A stretch of DNA of 63,442 nucleotides, the filler included, from Octopus bimaculoides (taxonomy: Eukaryota), in the NCBI RefSeq assembly GCF_001194135.2. It is 6 parts of 5 records of this genome, joined end to end, with 100 filler letters (N's around TTAATTAATTAA, not from the genome) between each part and the next. Parts side by side here need not be neighbours in the genome. Positions count along the whole stretch, not along the records: positions 37,489 to 51,656 come from NC_068982.1; positions 51,757 to 62,046 come from NC_068981.1; positions 62,147 to 63,442 come from NC_068985.1; 3 more parts are not named here. One strand, 5' to 3'. The notes under the pieces were generated by a model. It had not been told where the DNA came from, ran no database searches, and worked only from the letters and a program-made list of their open reading frames with translations. Shown here in pieces: positions 50,776 through 62,763 of the stretch. The stretch's first letter is position 1. Each line of letters starts with the position of its first letter. The translations under genes and the position numbers were made by a program.

Positions 50776-51322
50776 TAACTGAAGAATTTCTAATCCTGAC
50801 TATTCTGTGTAGATATTGTGGATCGCATTTTAGCGTGCCAAGTTTGCATTTAAAGACTCAGTATTTGGTTCCCGGTTAGTACAGTTTTGTTGGTACATGA
50901 CACGTGGTCGACTTTGATCAGGCGCAAATCTGACCAAAGATGTTTCAACTCGTATCATAACGAATGTTTTTACTTCGTCAGGCAATGCGTAAATGTGATC
51001 TGATAGAACGGCACATCGAGCATATTGTCGAATGTCATTTAACTCGTGTGTGTTACGATTTTTTAATTTTAGATTCATGGAGACATTCGATATATCAAAA
51101 CCCTTAAAGCCGATGCCCCATCAAGGCTGCATTCAAATGTCATGTACGTACACATAGATAGATAGATAGATAGATAAATAGATAAATAGATAGATAGACA
51201 GATAGGCATAGATAGACAGACAGACATACAAAGAAAGACATACAGTCAGACAGGCAGATAGATAGATAGATAGATACATACATACATAGACAGACGGGCA
51301 GAGAGATACACAGCAAGATAGG

Positions 51323-51575
51323 TTTCTTTATTAGCCACACAGGGCTCAACACAGAGTGGACAAAATACAAATGTAGAGTTTTTCTTTTCGAGGGGGTCGA
51401 AAACAAAGCAGAAAAAAAAACAAAAGTGGGGACAACGATGAAAAAAAAAACATCGCAAAACGTTTGGGGTATTTACAAAAAATACGAAATAATACCAAAA
51501 ATTCCCAATAAATGGGGAGGTTATCCGTGGAAAGAAAAACCTACGAAAAGACCACGGTAACCTCGGTCTTTAGTG
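51323..51575 (-). mobile_element. 5'-truncated Tx1-type LINE 3' UTR next to (GATA)n/(GACA)n
   Basis: Terminal motif TTTCTTTATTAGCCACACAGGGCT matches the termini of copy 1 (TTTTCTATTGGCCACAAGGGCT) and copy 2 (TTTCTTTATTGGCTACAAGGGCT); also shares an AAT(A/G)GGGAG motif. Confidence 0.6.
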
Positions 51576-51756
51576 TCACAGTTTGTTAAATAAAATTTCT
51601 TTTATTTAAGCAAGAAACGTAAGTAACTCTCTGTTTACAAAATTTTAAAACGTTTTNNNNNNNNNNNNNNNNNNNNNNNNNNNNNNNNNNNNNNNNNNNN
51701 TTAATTAATTAANNNNNNNNNNNNNNNNNNNNNNNNNNNNNNNNNNNNNNNNNNNN

Positions 51757-52055
51757 GTGTCACCCGCACAAGAGCCAGTCCAGGGGTACTGGCAACAATG
51801 TCGCTCGAAAGATATCATGTGTCGCCCGCACATGAGCCAGTCCAGGGGCACTGGCAACGATCCTGCTCAAAAGATTTCATGTGTCGCCCGCACATGAGCC
51901 AGTCCGGGGGCACTGGCAACGATCCCGCTCGAAACATTTCATGTGTCACTTGCACAAAAGCCAGTCCAGGGGCACTGGCAACAATGTCGCTCGAAAGGTA
52001 TCATGTGTCGCCCGCACATGAACCAGTCCAGGGGCACTGGCAACGATCCCGCTCC
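51757..52055. repeat. 62-bp tandem repeat (~5 units, ABB-AB higher order) with internal hairpin, related to the RTE 3' UTR repeat
   Basis: Unit GTGTCGCCCGCACATGAGCCAGTCCAGGGGCACTGGCAAC..GCTCGAAA..CAT; palindrome GCCAGT-N8-ACTGGC; similar units at 56870-57170. Confidence 0.9.
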
Positions 52056-52890
52056 AAATCTGAAATGAAGAAAGCCGAAGTGGGATATATCAGCTTCCCC
52101 TTGATTTTAATTTACCCTTTTTCATTCTATTCTCTCATACATTGTAATATAATGAAGATGGAGACATCATTTCAATAGGAGATGAAATTTTTTTTTATTG
52201 GCTTCAGTTATTAGGTTGTGGACGTACTGAGGTACTGCCTTCAAAGGTTTTCAGTTAATTGCATCAATCCTAATACTTTGATATTTATTTTGTCCTTAGA
52301 GGAAGCTTAGAGGCAAAGGCAGCAGACATAAAGGGATATTACAGAGGTGAGTTAAAATGCTACATGGTATTTTCATTTTGTGCACTAATTTTTGCCATAA
52401 CTTGCTGATATATATATACACACAGCAAGCTTCTGCATGGTTTCCTTCAACCAAATTTCATCCATAGGACTTCGGGTGATGCAAAACTATGACAGCAAAC
52501 ACTTGCCCAAAGTGCCATGCAGAGAGATTGAACTCCAAATTGTGGCTGCAAGGCAAACTGCTTGACTATACAGCCATTAGCACAATATATCTAAATTACT
52601 TTCTAAGAGCACTGACACAAACCAACATTATTTCTCTCAATATTCTTTCTTTTAGGCTCAAACTTAGTTTTTGGGGAGGAACAGGTATAATTGCTTAAAT
52701 CAGTGACATATATATATATGTATGAGCCTCCACTTTTTTGTACCTAAAAATCAGTATTACATATGTACAGTTAGATGTGCAAACACTATCATAAGACTGA
52801 GTGTTCCAAGCTGATTATCATTATCCAGTCAACTTCTAGTATAGTGGTTAGTCTACCAGTGTACTTAGTAGTATTACTAGTTGTAATATA

Positions 52891-53211
52891 CAGAGCGTAT
52901 GAGGAGGAAAATTAAGATAAACACAAGCCTAGGTAGTGTTTATCCATGTTTCAGTGTTGAAGTCAGTAGAGCTCCATTATTAGGGAGCAAGTTATATGTT
53001 GTGTTTACAGTTAGATGTACAACTAGTACTGTATGAGATAACGATAATCTATGTGGAGCTTTAACTCATAGTAGTAGTCATGCATCTAGCTGTACACACA
53101 AAATAAAACTTGCTCCCTAATGGTGAAGCTATACTGACTTTAACACTGAAACATGAATAAATAATAACTAGGCTTGTGTTTATTTTAATTTCCCCCCCCA
53201 CATATTCTCAG
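52891..53211. mobile_element. MITE/foldback with ~130-bp inverted arms, TA-flanked
   Basis: 52891-~53020 is the reverse complement of ~53075-53211 (AAACACAAGCCTAG..CATGTTTCAGTGTT.AAGTCAGTA..TAGGGAGCAAGTT). Confidence 0.8.
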
Positions 53212-53230
53212 TAATATATATGTTACACTA

Positions 53231-53415
53231 AAGTGGCGAGCTGGCAGAAACGTTAGCACACCAGGCGAAATGTTTAGCAGTATTTCGCCAAGGTCAACTT
53301 TGCCTTTCATCCTTTCAGGGTCGATAAATTAAACACCAGTTGCATACTGGGATAAGTCTAATCGACTGTCCCCCCATCCCCCAAAATTTCAGGCCTTGTG
53401 CCTAGAGTAGAAAAG
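53231..53415 (+). mobile_element. SINE family A with perfect 18-bp TSD
   Basis: AATATATATGTTACACTA at 53213-53230 and 53416-53433; an internal deletion removes the B-box. Confidence 0.92.
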
Positions 53416-54157
53416 AATATATATGTTACACTATAGTATAATGCCACCTCCTCACCAATTTTACTTTTGATGCCAGTACAATATATAATTAAATGAATCT
53501 TTTTTTTTTTTTTTTTACAAAATCATGAACATATGCTTTTATGCTTTCAGATGAAAAGAAGTTCAGTTAATTTGGGACAAAAGAATACTGAGATGGTTAT
53601 ATTTCTGTTAAAAAAAAAATGGAATTACATTATGAAATACAGTGAGAGTTACATGTGCTCAAATTGTGAAGATGTTGGACTGCTAGCTAAAAAAATCAGT
53701 TTATATCTTCTCTGTCGCAGTAAGCTATGACAAGATATTTCCTCATCTTCAGTGGTTCTAGGGTATCAGAATGAAGAGGGTAAATGTTACTTTCAGGCAT
53801 CTACTTTACCTTTAGGTTTCTATGTTCAGTAAATAACAGAGTAGGTATTGTGATGAAGCATAGCACATCATTGAAAGCAAGGAGAGCATTTTATTGAGCG
53901 CACCAGTGGACACTAAAAAAAAACCTGAATTCTATCTAAGGGAAGAAACCTTAGGTAATGTTATGAACAAAAACATACAAGCAAAACTAAATTTAAATCC
54001 CCACCCTGCCTTTTTTTATATTAAAAGAACCACCTCGTCTATGGAATCAAATCTTTATAGTGAAAGTTACTATTATAAGAAAACCCTTCACTTTACACAA
54101 TACACACATTATACAATTTGAAGAAAAGAAGTTTGAATCATGTATTTCAATCCTTAC

Positions 54158-54368
54158 CTTTTTATTATGAATGTATATATTAGATCTGCCGTTTTTGTTA
54201 ACTGTGTTTGTAGTCTTATCTACTTCAATATGATGTCCATTCATTTTCGGAGTTGAGGAAGCAGCTTTATGATAATTATTTATAGTTTCTTTTACTTTTT
54301 CCATGATTAAGTTATTTGAAGTTTTATTTTTCCTTTCTCCTTCCTCACTGCATTGGGTAGAGTCATTG
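54158..54368 (-). CDS. Internal exon (211 bp, phase 2 to phase 0) of an unidentified Lys/Asn/Ser-rich protein
   Basis: Acceptor TTTATTTCATTTACATCTATTTACAG, donor AAG|GTAAGG. Open frame NDSTQCSEEGERKNKTSNN...NIYIHNKK, phase-compatible with exon 60687-60930. Confidence 0.65.
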
Positions 54369-56029
54369 CTGTAAATAGATGTAAATGAAATAAAAAAAAG
54401 ATCAGTGTATCATTTTGGAAAATAATAGGTAAGCCTCTCAATGTCAGAGAGATTCTGCAAGCTGCACACAAGAAACCTGTCTCTGAATATAAACAGATAC
54501 AGAAGAGAGAGAGTCTCTTTAAGTCCAGCCATAACCAAGTTCTGTACTGTTGGTGGCATAAAATGCACATTAGTGTTTAGAAATAGCATCCAGCTGTAAA
54601 AACCAAGCCAAATGAGGAAGAAACAAATGAAAGCAACATGGACTCTGCAAGACATGTGCAAGTAGCCTGTCAGGCAGGATATGAGTTAAGTCATTGCTCC
54701 AAATCAACTGTAAAATATCACTTCTGTCTTAATTTTGGTGGCGTGACCATAGCAAATGGTTGCTCTGGCAAAGTCATTTACACCATTGTAAATGATTTTT
54801 AGAGTAGGCCATCAGTATTATGGAGCTTATACACAAGCAGAAATAAGACTTTCATCGTGTTTTGAGGTGTTGGAAGGTGAAGACAGTTCTCTTTCTTGAA
54901 TTTGATCATGGTTGTTTTACTATAGTCCCTGAAAACAACTAGGATCATTGCATAAAAAAAGACTACAAAATAGGAGTAGCATTCTCTAATGCCTGCATAA
55001 TAAACAATGAGATTACAGTGCTGAGAGGGAAAGCAAGCATGACCTTCAGAAGAATGCACTGCAAGCTGGTTAGTTCATGGAATCTGTCTTAGCATGAAGA
55101 CCAGTGTATATAGACAGTTCTAACCATGCTGCGATATAGTAGTGAGACTTGAACATAATACTGCCAACATATGGAAATAGAAAAAAAAAACAAAAGACTA
55201 GTTCCATTTAAGATGCTTTGGAAAATTTGTGCTGTCTCATAGAACAAGGTACTTAACTATATTTGAGTAATACAAAATTGAAAGGATCAAAGCTCTCTTC
55301 ATGAAGGGTAAGCTCTGGTGAGTGAGATGTATTGCTTGAATGGAAGAGCCAAGGAGGTTAGCATAAAAGGTATAAGGACATTTTGAAATCCAATCTGAAA
55401 GTATGTGATGCTTTCATTGACAACTGGATAAAGCACTTATCCTGTCAGAGAGGCAAAGTACTATGTAGAAATAAGGTAGCTTTGAATACTGCTACATCAA
55501 TCATCTCCAGGTCAGGACTAACCCCTTACAAGCTAAAGACTGCATCTGCCTGGTCTGTTAGCATTGATGCTACTTGTGGACAAACCTGATCAGCCATTGC
55601 AGATAAATTTATTAGATAGAGAAGGATGATCTATTATATCACAAAGACTCAGCTTATCATCAATAGAAAAATACAATGAAAGAACAGCAAGAAAGTGAGC
55701 CAAAAGTTATATAGTGTTGGAATGTGAAAGTTTTCTGTGAATGCTGTTTGGTGAGATGGTTTTCTTCCTATAGATTCATTCTACAGGGTGGTACAGCCCA
55801 GGCAGTAAGTTCCCTGCAAACTAATTCTTCAACCTAGCTATTGCTATTTTGTCATAGCTATTTAAAAATTCTAGTAGTATTTTCAAGGGAAGCATGAACA
55901 TATTTCCCATTCATTCCTTGGAATCAGTAGGGCTGATCATCAATTGATGTACAACTAAGCATAAAAACTCAATTTGATTCTATTACACTAGTTAGAATGT
56001 TAGATAAATATTCATGCCTATCTTTTGTT

Positions 56030-56410
56030 CTTTTGTTGTTATTGTTGCTGAGTCTCAAGTTAGTCCTGACTTAGCAAAACCTACGACCAAAAACGTTCCA
56101 CCCATGACCATACTGTACTGATATTACATATCTGAAATTACATTATCAAATGTGTCTCTCTCTTTTCAAGATAATAGAATGAAGTTTGATTGATATCTGG
56201 CTAATATTTTTAGCAGATTGAGTGACCACATAAAAGCTACTTTGTTTCACTTGATCCAGTCTAATATGATACACCATCTTAAATATTACCTTGCTTGGAA
56301 ACAGGTGAGAGTTGGTGACAGGAAAAGCATCAGGCCATAGAAAATCTGCCTCAAGTAAATTCTGTCCAATCCATGCAAGCATGGAAAAGTGGGCATTAAA
56401 ATGATGATGA
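56030..56410 (+). mobile_element. Non-autonomous element sharing the RTE 3' tail
   Basis: Ends ...CCAATCCATGCAAGCATGGAAAAGTGGGCATTAAAATGATGATGAT, similar to the RTE terminus (CCAA..TCCCAGCATGGAAAGCGGATGTTAAACGACGATGATGATG). The 5' boundary is uncertain. Confidence 0.5.
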
Positions 56411-56693
56411 TTTCTTACACTGACACATGATTTTACATCTGTTTCCCACGATGGCATGGGTTGGACAGTTCATTACAGTCTCAGCGTTTATTCTGAATTA
56501 CTACTCTCCTAGAGAACCATGTCTCATATAGTTTAGCAAAGAAATAAAAAGTGGGTCAATGTGATGAAGAACTAACGAGTTATTCAGCAATTTCTGAGTA
56601 CTATATCAAAGTAACACGAGACAGAAGGCTACGATATGAGAGAGAATTGGCTGCTATTTCTATGTCTAGCTATTATGTAGAGGTCTCACTTAT

Positions 56694-58508
56694 TCATCAT
56701 CATCATCATCGTCGTTTAACATCCGCTTTCCATGCTGGGATTCGTTGGACAGTTTGACTGAGTACTGGCAAGCCAGAAGGCTGCACCAGGCTCCAATCTG
56801 ATCTGGCAAAGTTTCTACAGCTGGATGTCCTTCCTAACACCAGCCACTCCAAGAGTGTAGTGGGTACTTTTACATGCCACCAGCACGAGTGCCAGTCAGG
56901 AGGTACTGGCAACGACCACACTCAAAAGGTGTTTTTTATGTGCCACCTGCATGAGAGCCAGTCCGACAGAACTAGCAACAACGACGCTTGAACGTTGTTT
57001 TTCACGTGCCAGTAAAGCAACACTGGCAATGATCACACTCGAATGGTGCTCTTTACTTGCCACCAGCACGGGAGCCAGTCAGTGGCCCTGGCAACGGTCA
57101 CACTCAGATGGTGCTTTTAACACTCCACTGGCACGAGTGCCAATCAGGCGGTACTGTCATCGGCCACGTCAGCGATTTTGATTTCACTTGCCTCAACAGG
57201 TCTTCACAAGCAAAGTTTATTGTCCAATGAATGAAGGGTACTCATAAGTGGGCTGGTTATACACCACTGGCTTACGTCACAGGTTATGGTCTCACTTGGC
57301 TTTTCAAGTCTTCTTGAGCACAGCATATCTCTAAAGGTCTTGGTCACTACTCATTGCTTTGGTGAGACTCAAAGTTCAAAGGTCGTGCTTCACCACCTCA
57401 TCTCAGGTCTTCCTGAGTCTACCTCTTCCACAGGTTCCCTCTATTGCTAGGGTGTGACAGTTTTTCATACAGCTGTCCTCATCCATTCACAAAACATGAC
57501 CATTCCAGTGCAGTTGTCTCTCTTGCACACCACATCTGACGGTTTTTAAGTCCAACTTTTCTCTCAGGGCGCTTACGCTCTGTCGTGTATGCACACTGAC
57601 ATTACACATCCAACGGAGCATACTGGCTTCATTCCTTGCAAGCTTACGCATGTCCTCAGCAGTCACAGCCCATGTTTCACTGCCATGTAGCATGACTGTT
57701 TGTACACATGCGTCATACAGTCTGCCTTTTACTCTGAGCGAGAAGCCCTTTGTCACCAGCAGAGGTAGGAGCTCTCTAAACTCTGCCCAGGCTATTCTTA
57801 TACACTTTCAGAGCATCCATCCCTGCTACAGACTTGGTCACCTAAGTACTGGAAGCTATCAACTATTTCTAGTTTTTCTCACTGGAATGTGACAGAAGCT
57901 GTTCTCTGCACAGTGTTTATTGCTCCTGAGCATTTGCCACATACAAAAACTCTTCCCAGTTAGCCTTCCTTTGATATTGCTGCACCTCTTATGTATCCAT
58001 AGCTTACACTGGGTACATCTTATGGAGTTTCTACCTATGCCTTTTCTACAGATCGAGCAGGGCCATCTATCTGAAGGGATTTGTGGTTTGTCTGCCTTCC
58101 TACTTATTCGGACTTTGGTTTTAGCTAAGTTGACTCTAAAGCCCTTCGATTCTCATCCTTGCTTCCACACCTGAAACTTTCCTCTAGTTCTAGAGCAAGG
58201 TCATCAGCATAGAGGAGCTCCCAGGGGCATCCTGTCTTGAATTACTCTGTTATTGCCTTGAGGACTATGATGAATAAGAGGGGGCTGAGGACTGATCCTT
58301 GGTGGACCCTACCCGGAATTCTTCACTGTACATGTTGCCAACCCTCACCTTACTGACAGCGCCCCTGTACATGGCTCGCACAGCTCTCACTAACCATTCT
58401 TCTATCCCTAGTTTCTTCATCGACCACCAGATAAGGGATCGGAGGACACTGACAAAGGGTTTCGCCATGTCAACGAAAGCCAGGTACAGAGGTTTATCTT
58501 TGGCTAGG
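56694..58508 (-). mobile_element. RTE-clade LINE, RT to 3' end, decayed
   Basis: KPLYLAFVDMAK, VHQGSVLSPLLF, WELLYADDL, GFRVNLAKTKV, PHD-type insert, DSFQYLG, KGRLYDACV..MLHGSETW; 3' UTR tandem repeats 56870-57170; (CAT)n tail. Confidence 0.93.
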
Positions 58509-59429
58509 NNNNNNNNNNNNNNNNNNNNNNNNNNNNNNNNNNNNNNNNNNNNNNNNNNNNNNNNNNNNNNNNNNNNNNNNNNNNNNNNNNNNNNNNNNNN
58601 NNNNNNNNNNNNNNNNNNNNNNNNNNNNNNNNNNNNNNNNNNNNNNNNNNNNNNNNNNNNNNNNNNNNNNNNNNNNNNNNNNNNNNNNNNNNNNNNNNNN
58701 NNNNNNNNNNNNNNNNNNNNNNNNNNNNNNNNNNNNNNNNNNNNNNNNNNNNNNNNNNNNNNNNNNNNNNNNNNNNNNNNNNNNNNNNNNNNNNNNNNNN
58801 NNNNNNNNNNNNNNNNNNNNNNNNNNNNNNNNNNNNNNNNNNNNNNNNNNNNNNNNNNNNNNNNNNNNNNNNNNNNNNNNNNNNNNNNNNNNNNNNNNNN
58901 NNNNNNNNNNNNNNNNNNNNNNNNNNNNNNNNNNNNNNNNNNNNNNNNNNNNNNNNNNNNNNNNNNNNNNNNNNNNNNNNNNNNNNNNNNNNNNNNNNNN
59001 NNNNNNNNNNNNNNNNNNNNNNNNNNNNNNNNNNNNNNNNNNNNNNNNNNNNNNNNNNNNNNNNNNNNNNNNNNNNNNNNNNNNNNNNNNNNNNNNNNNN
59101 NNNNNNNNNNNNNNNNNNNNNNNNNNNNNNNTTTTAATATATACACACATATATATATATATATATATATGTATATATTGCTTAGGCATTGCATGACTAA
59201 TGACCTGGGTAGAACTCAATACACATATTTCACAACAAAGTGTTAGGTGAATATAGAGTAGTAATAAGAAAAAAAAGATGGCACAGGAAAAACAATGGTT
59301 ATGTTATGAACTTCATTAGCTTACAGCTGTTTCTGCTAAAAGATTCAGTGGAGTCATAGTCTTATAGCAGAAACAGCTGGAAGCTAATGAAGTTCATAAT
59401 ATAACCATTGTTTTTCCTGTCATCTCTTT

Positions 59430-60200
59430 TTCTTATATACAGTATAGTTCCAATAATCTGTTATACTTAAACCCCGAGTAATACTGGTGTGTTGGAACTT
59501 GGTCTTCAAAAATAACAAATCGTGTCATCTTTTCAAACCCAGTCATCAAATATATATAACTGTATTTTTCAGCAGCCTCAATATCTACTGACTTCTTTTG
59601 AACTTTACCAATTAAATTTATGAATGCCCTGTTATATTTTAAAGTTTCTAAATAACTCAACTATAAACACATTTGTCTTCACAATATTCAAATCTTTTGT
59701 GTAAATACTTGAAATTGATATACTCCAGATCACTTTGGGCTAAACCATTTAAATAACATTGCAGAGAGTTCTGAAAATTCTTTGCTTTAATGTTTGCCAC
59801 ACATATCAACACCTTTGCTTGTCTCTGAATCATCCATAAATTACAGTTAATTTGTTCTTTGTTTCTTAATACCATATATCATTGAAGAACTTATATTCAG
59901 GCAAAATAGCATTCATTTTAGCCTCTTTTCAAATGCTATATTTCAATTTCCAGGGTGCAAAGTGAGAGTTAGGAGCTGGCTAATGGTTTTTCAATTTGAA
60001 TGTAAAGAATGACAGAGACATCAGCAACTAGTGATGGCCCTTTCGCAAACAAAAATAGTGAGGTGCAACGAAAAGTACTGAGCAATTAAGTTTGTCAGAC
60101 AATTGGTTTAATAGAGCTTTATTGTAAATACAGAAGACAGTGGGTATTGTTTGAGGGAAATTTGGCTGTCTGTTGGTAAGCGAAGAACAGCTCAGAATTA
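59430..60200 (-). mobile_element. Possible highly degraded hAT-like transposase remnant
   Basis: Adjacent minus-strand ORF pieces (59433-59875, 60028-60222) with weak resemblance to hAT catalytic/C-terminal regions; no diagnostic motif intact. Confidence 0.2.
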
Positions 60201-60686
60201 CACTATTAAAAAAGTACTTCATTTAGAATGACACCATTTTAATGCCTTCAGAATGTAAACATAAACATTAGTTATTGTAGTATTTATATAGTTTCATATT
60301 TGGAAAGAGAGTTTCCAATTCAGGTTGTTTGTTGATAACTTTGGATGTAGATTATTTTAATTTTGTAATGTTTTACTGGTTTCATTGCTGCTGTTGTCAA
60401 TGCCATTGTTTAGTTCCAAGTCAGACAAAAAATAAGATAGTTTCCAGTAAACAACACTGAATATATATATCACTTAGTCTACCTACCTGTTAACAGGCAT
60501 GCACAATAAGTAGATAAAACTCTGTGGCAGACAATAGGAGCACAGTATACAAATGAGTGCTCCTGTGGGTGTAGAATAAACCTATGAGAAATCACCTAAA
60601 AGTGCATTTTCCCTCACAAGAGATCCTAAAAATCACCCTGCAAAATCTTTAACAGAATAAAGTGACAGAAAATAAGATGTTATTAC

Positions 60687-60930
60687 CTTTTATTCAGTAA
60701 TCCTTTTAATTTCCGTCGAAGCTTTTTTCTTGCTGACCGTGATAAAGTATCTTTCTCAAGTCTCAACTTGATGTTCTCCACTGTATTCACTGAATTTGTC
60801 TCGCTCTTTGACTTAGTTCCATTAACAATATTTGGTGTCTTTTTCTTCTTGGCAATTAATTCTGTTTTGCTGAGACTATTTGAAATAGTATCAGCTTTTT
60901 TCTTTCTTTTTTTAGCAGCATTTTCAACTT
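60687..60930 (-). CDS. Internal exon (244 bp, phase 1 to phase 2) of the same Lys-rich protein
   Basis: Acceptor CTTTGTCATTTGTTTTGTCAG, donor AAAG|GTAATA. Encodes VENAAKKRKKK..SRSARKKLRRKLKGLLNK (NLS-like); AG|C joins the next exon as Ser. Confidence 0.65.
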
Positions 60931-61726
60931 CTGACAAAACAAATGACAAAGTAACCATTTAAGATTTTCTTTCTAAACAATTGTATTTATATTTTAATGA
61001 GGAGTATTCCTTTTCTTTTTTGTGTGAAGAAACACGAAAGAATTTCATGCTAACCAGTAGGGGTATATCATGTTCAATTGTAAAAGACTAACTTCAACAA
61101 AATAATTGCTATTGTTGTTGTTATTATCAGCATGGCATTCAAATCCTTCTGGGAACAACTTTGCTTTTTATCATTCTACACTTGATAAAATAAATGGATG
61201 GCATGAAGTGAAAATGATTCAAGAATCTTTACCAATCTCTTCCAAATGTTTGACTTTGTGTTAATATGAGAAAAATCTTATAACAATTCTGCTTGTCATT
61301 CCATTACTTAGCCCATCAGTAACACTTTCACATGATTAGAGGAAAAGAGAGAGAAAGAAAAGAGGGAGAAAGAAGCATGAGGTAGAGGGAATGTAATTGT
61401 AACACTTTTACATGAAAGGGAAAGGGAGGAGAGAGAAAAAGAGGATAAGGTAAAGAGTGAGACAGAAAAAGTGGGAGAGAGAAGCATCCGATGTGAAGTA
61501 GGGGAACTTAATATTTATTACGTGATTAAAAAAGTTAGTTGAAGGTAGTAATGATATAGAGGAGGAGAGCTAAAAATAGAATTTTTGCAGAGGGGTGATG
61601 TTATGATGGTGGTGGAGGTGGCAGTGGTGATTGAATAGTGAAAAGTGTATTTTTTAAAAATTGAACTAAGTTTTTTATATCACCTGTCACTTAATGCATG
61701 CGCATAAGTGCAATTTGCTTATCTAC

Positions 61727-62046
61727 ATGGCAAAGGCAGACTGTATGACGCATGCGTACGAACAACCATGCTACATGGCAGTGAAACATGGGCTGTAACT
61801 GCTGAGGACATACGTAAGCTCGCAAGGAATGAAGCCAGTATGCTCCGTTGGATGTGTAATGTCAATGTGAATACCCGTCAGAGTGTAAGTATCTTGAGAG
61901 AAAAGCTGAACATTAGAAGCATCAGTTGTGGCGTGCAAGAGAGACGATTGCGCTGGTATGGACATGTGGTGAGAATGGAGGAGGATAGCTGCGTGAAAAA
62001 GTGCCACACCCTAACAGTTGAGGGAACCCGTGGAAGAGGTAGGCCC
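61727..62046 (+). mobile_element. RTE-clade LINE fragment (same family as 56694-58508)
   Basis: KGRLYDACVRTTMLHGSETWAVTAEDIRKLARNEASMLRWMC..RLRWYGHVVRM..RGRGRP. Confidence 0.92.
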
Positions 62047-62146
62047 NNNNNNNNNNNNNNNNNNNNNNNNNNNNNNNNNNNNNNNNNNNNTTAATTAATT
62101 AANNNNNNNNNNNNNNNNNNNNNNNNNNNNNNNNNNNNNNNNNNNN

Positions 62147-62430
62147 TGAGAGGAAGTAGGAGATCCTGTAGTTACTAGCGACATTCGCTCCACAGACTGG
62201 TCTTGTTGGTGGTCCCACTACAGGATTAGTTGTTACTTTGTGGTCCTTACGGAGCCCATACAGCGTCGGGATATCATTGTTCCAGGCTTGGAAGCTGTTG
62301 GCTGTGCGCTTCTGGGGTCTAAGAACAATTGTCTACATCATCATGTGGGCATTGAGGACTTTTTGTCTTTCCTCATGCGCCTGTAAGGTTGTTAGCTTCG
62401 TATTGGCGATGTGGGGTTACATTGCCTGGA
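62147..62430 (-). mobile_element. Penelope-like element RT N-terminal fragment
   Basis: NNDIPTLYGLRKDHK..GPPTRPVCGANVASNYRISYFLS matches the PLE RT motif 1-2 pattern (P.LYGLPK.HK..RP). Confidence 0.75.
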
Positions 62431-62438
62431 TATAGTTC

Positions 62439-62474
<36 letters not shown>

Positions 62475-62714
62475 GTATGTATAGATAGATAGATACATAG
62501 ATAGATAGATAGATAGATAGATACACTCACACAAATAATATATACATCATTGGGATTTTATGCTGTTATTAAATATTCCAGCCCATATTAAACCAGGAAT
62601 ACAATATCGCGTACTATTTTACACATTCATAAATATATACGTCTCCATATATACATAATGTATATCCATACATGCATAGTGTGTGTGCATATATGCATAG
62701 CGGATATACGTATA

Positions 62715-62763
<49 letters not shown>

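Noticed and set aside
50915-50995. Minus-strand CTGACGA...GAAAC...GTC
   Set aside because: Stems I and II do not pair; it is probably a chance co-occurrence.
51757-52055. Palindromic regular repeat resembling a CRISPR array
   Set aside because: There are no unique spacers, the whole 62-bp unit repeats, there are no cas genes, the context is eukaryotic and the motif matches the RTE 3' UTR.
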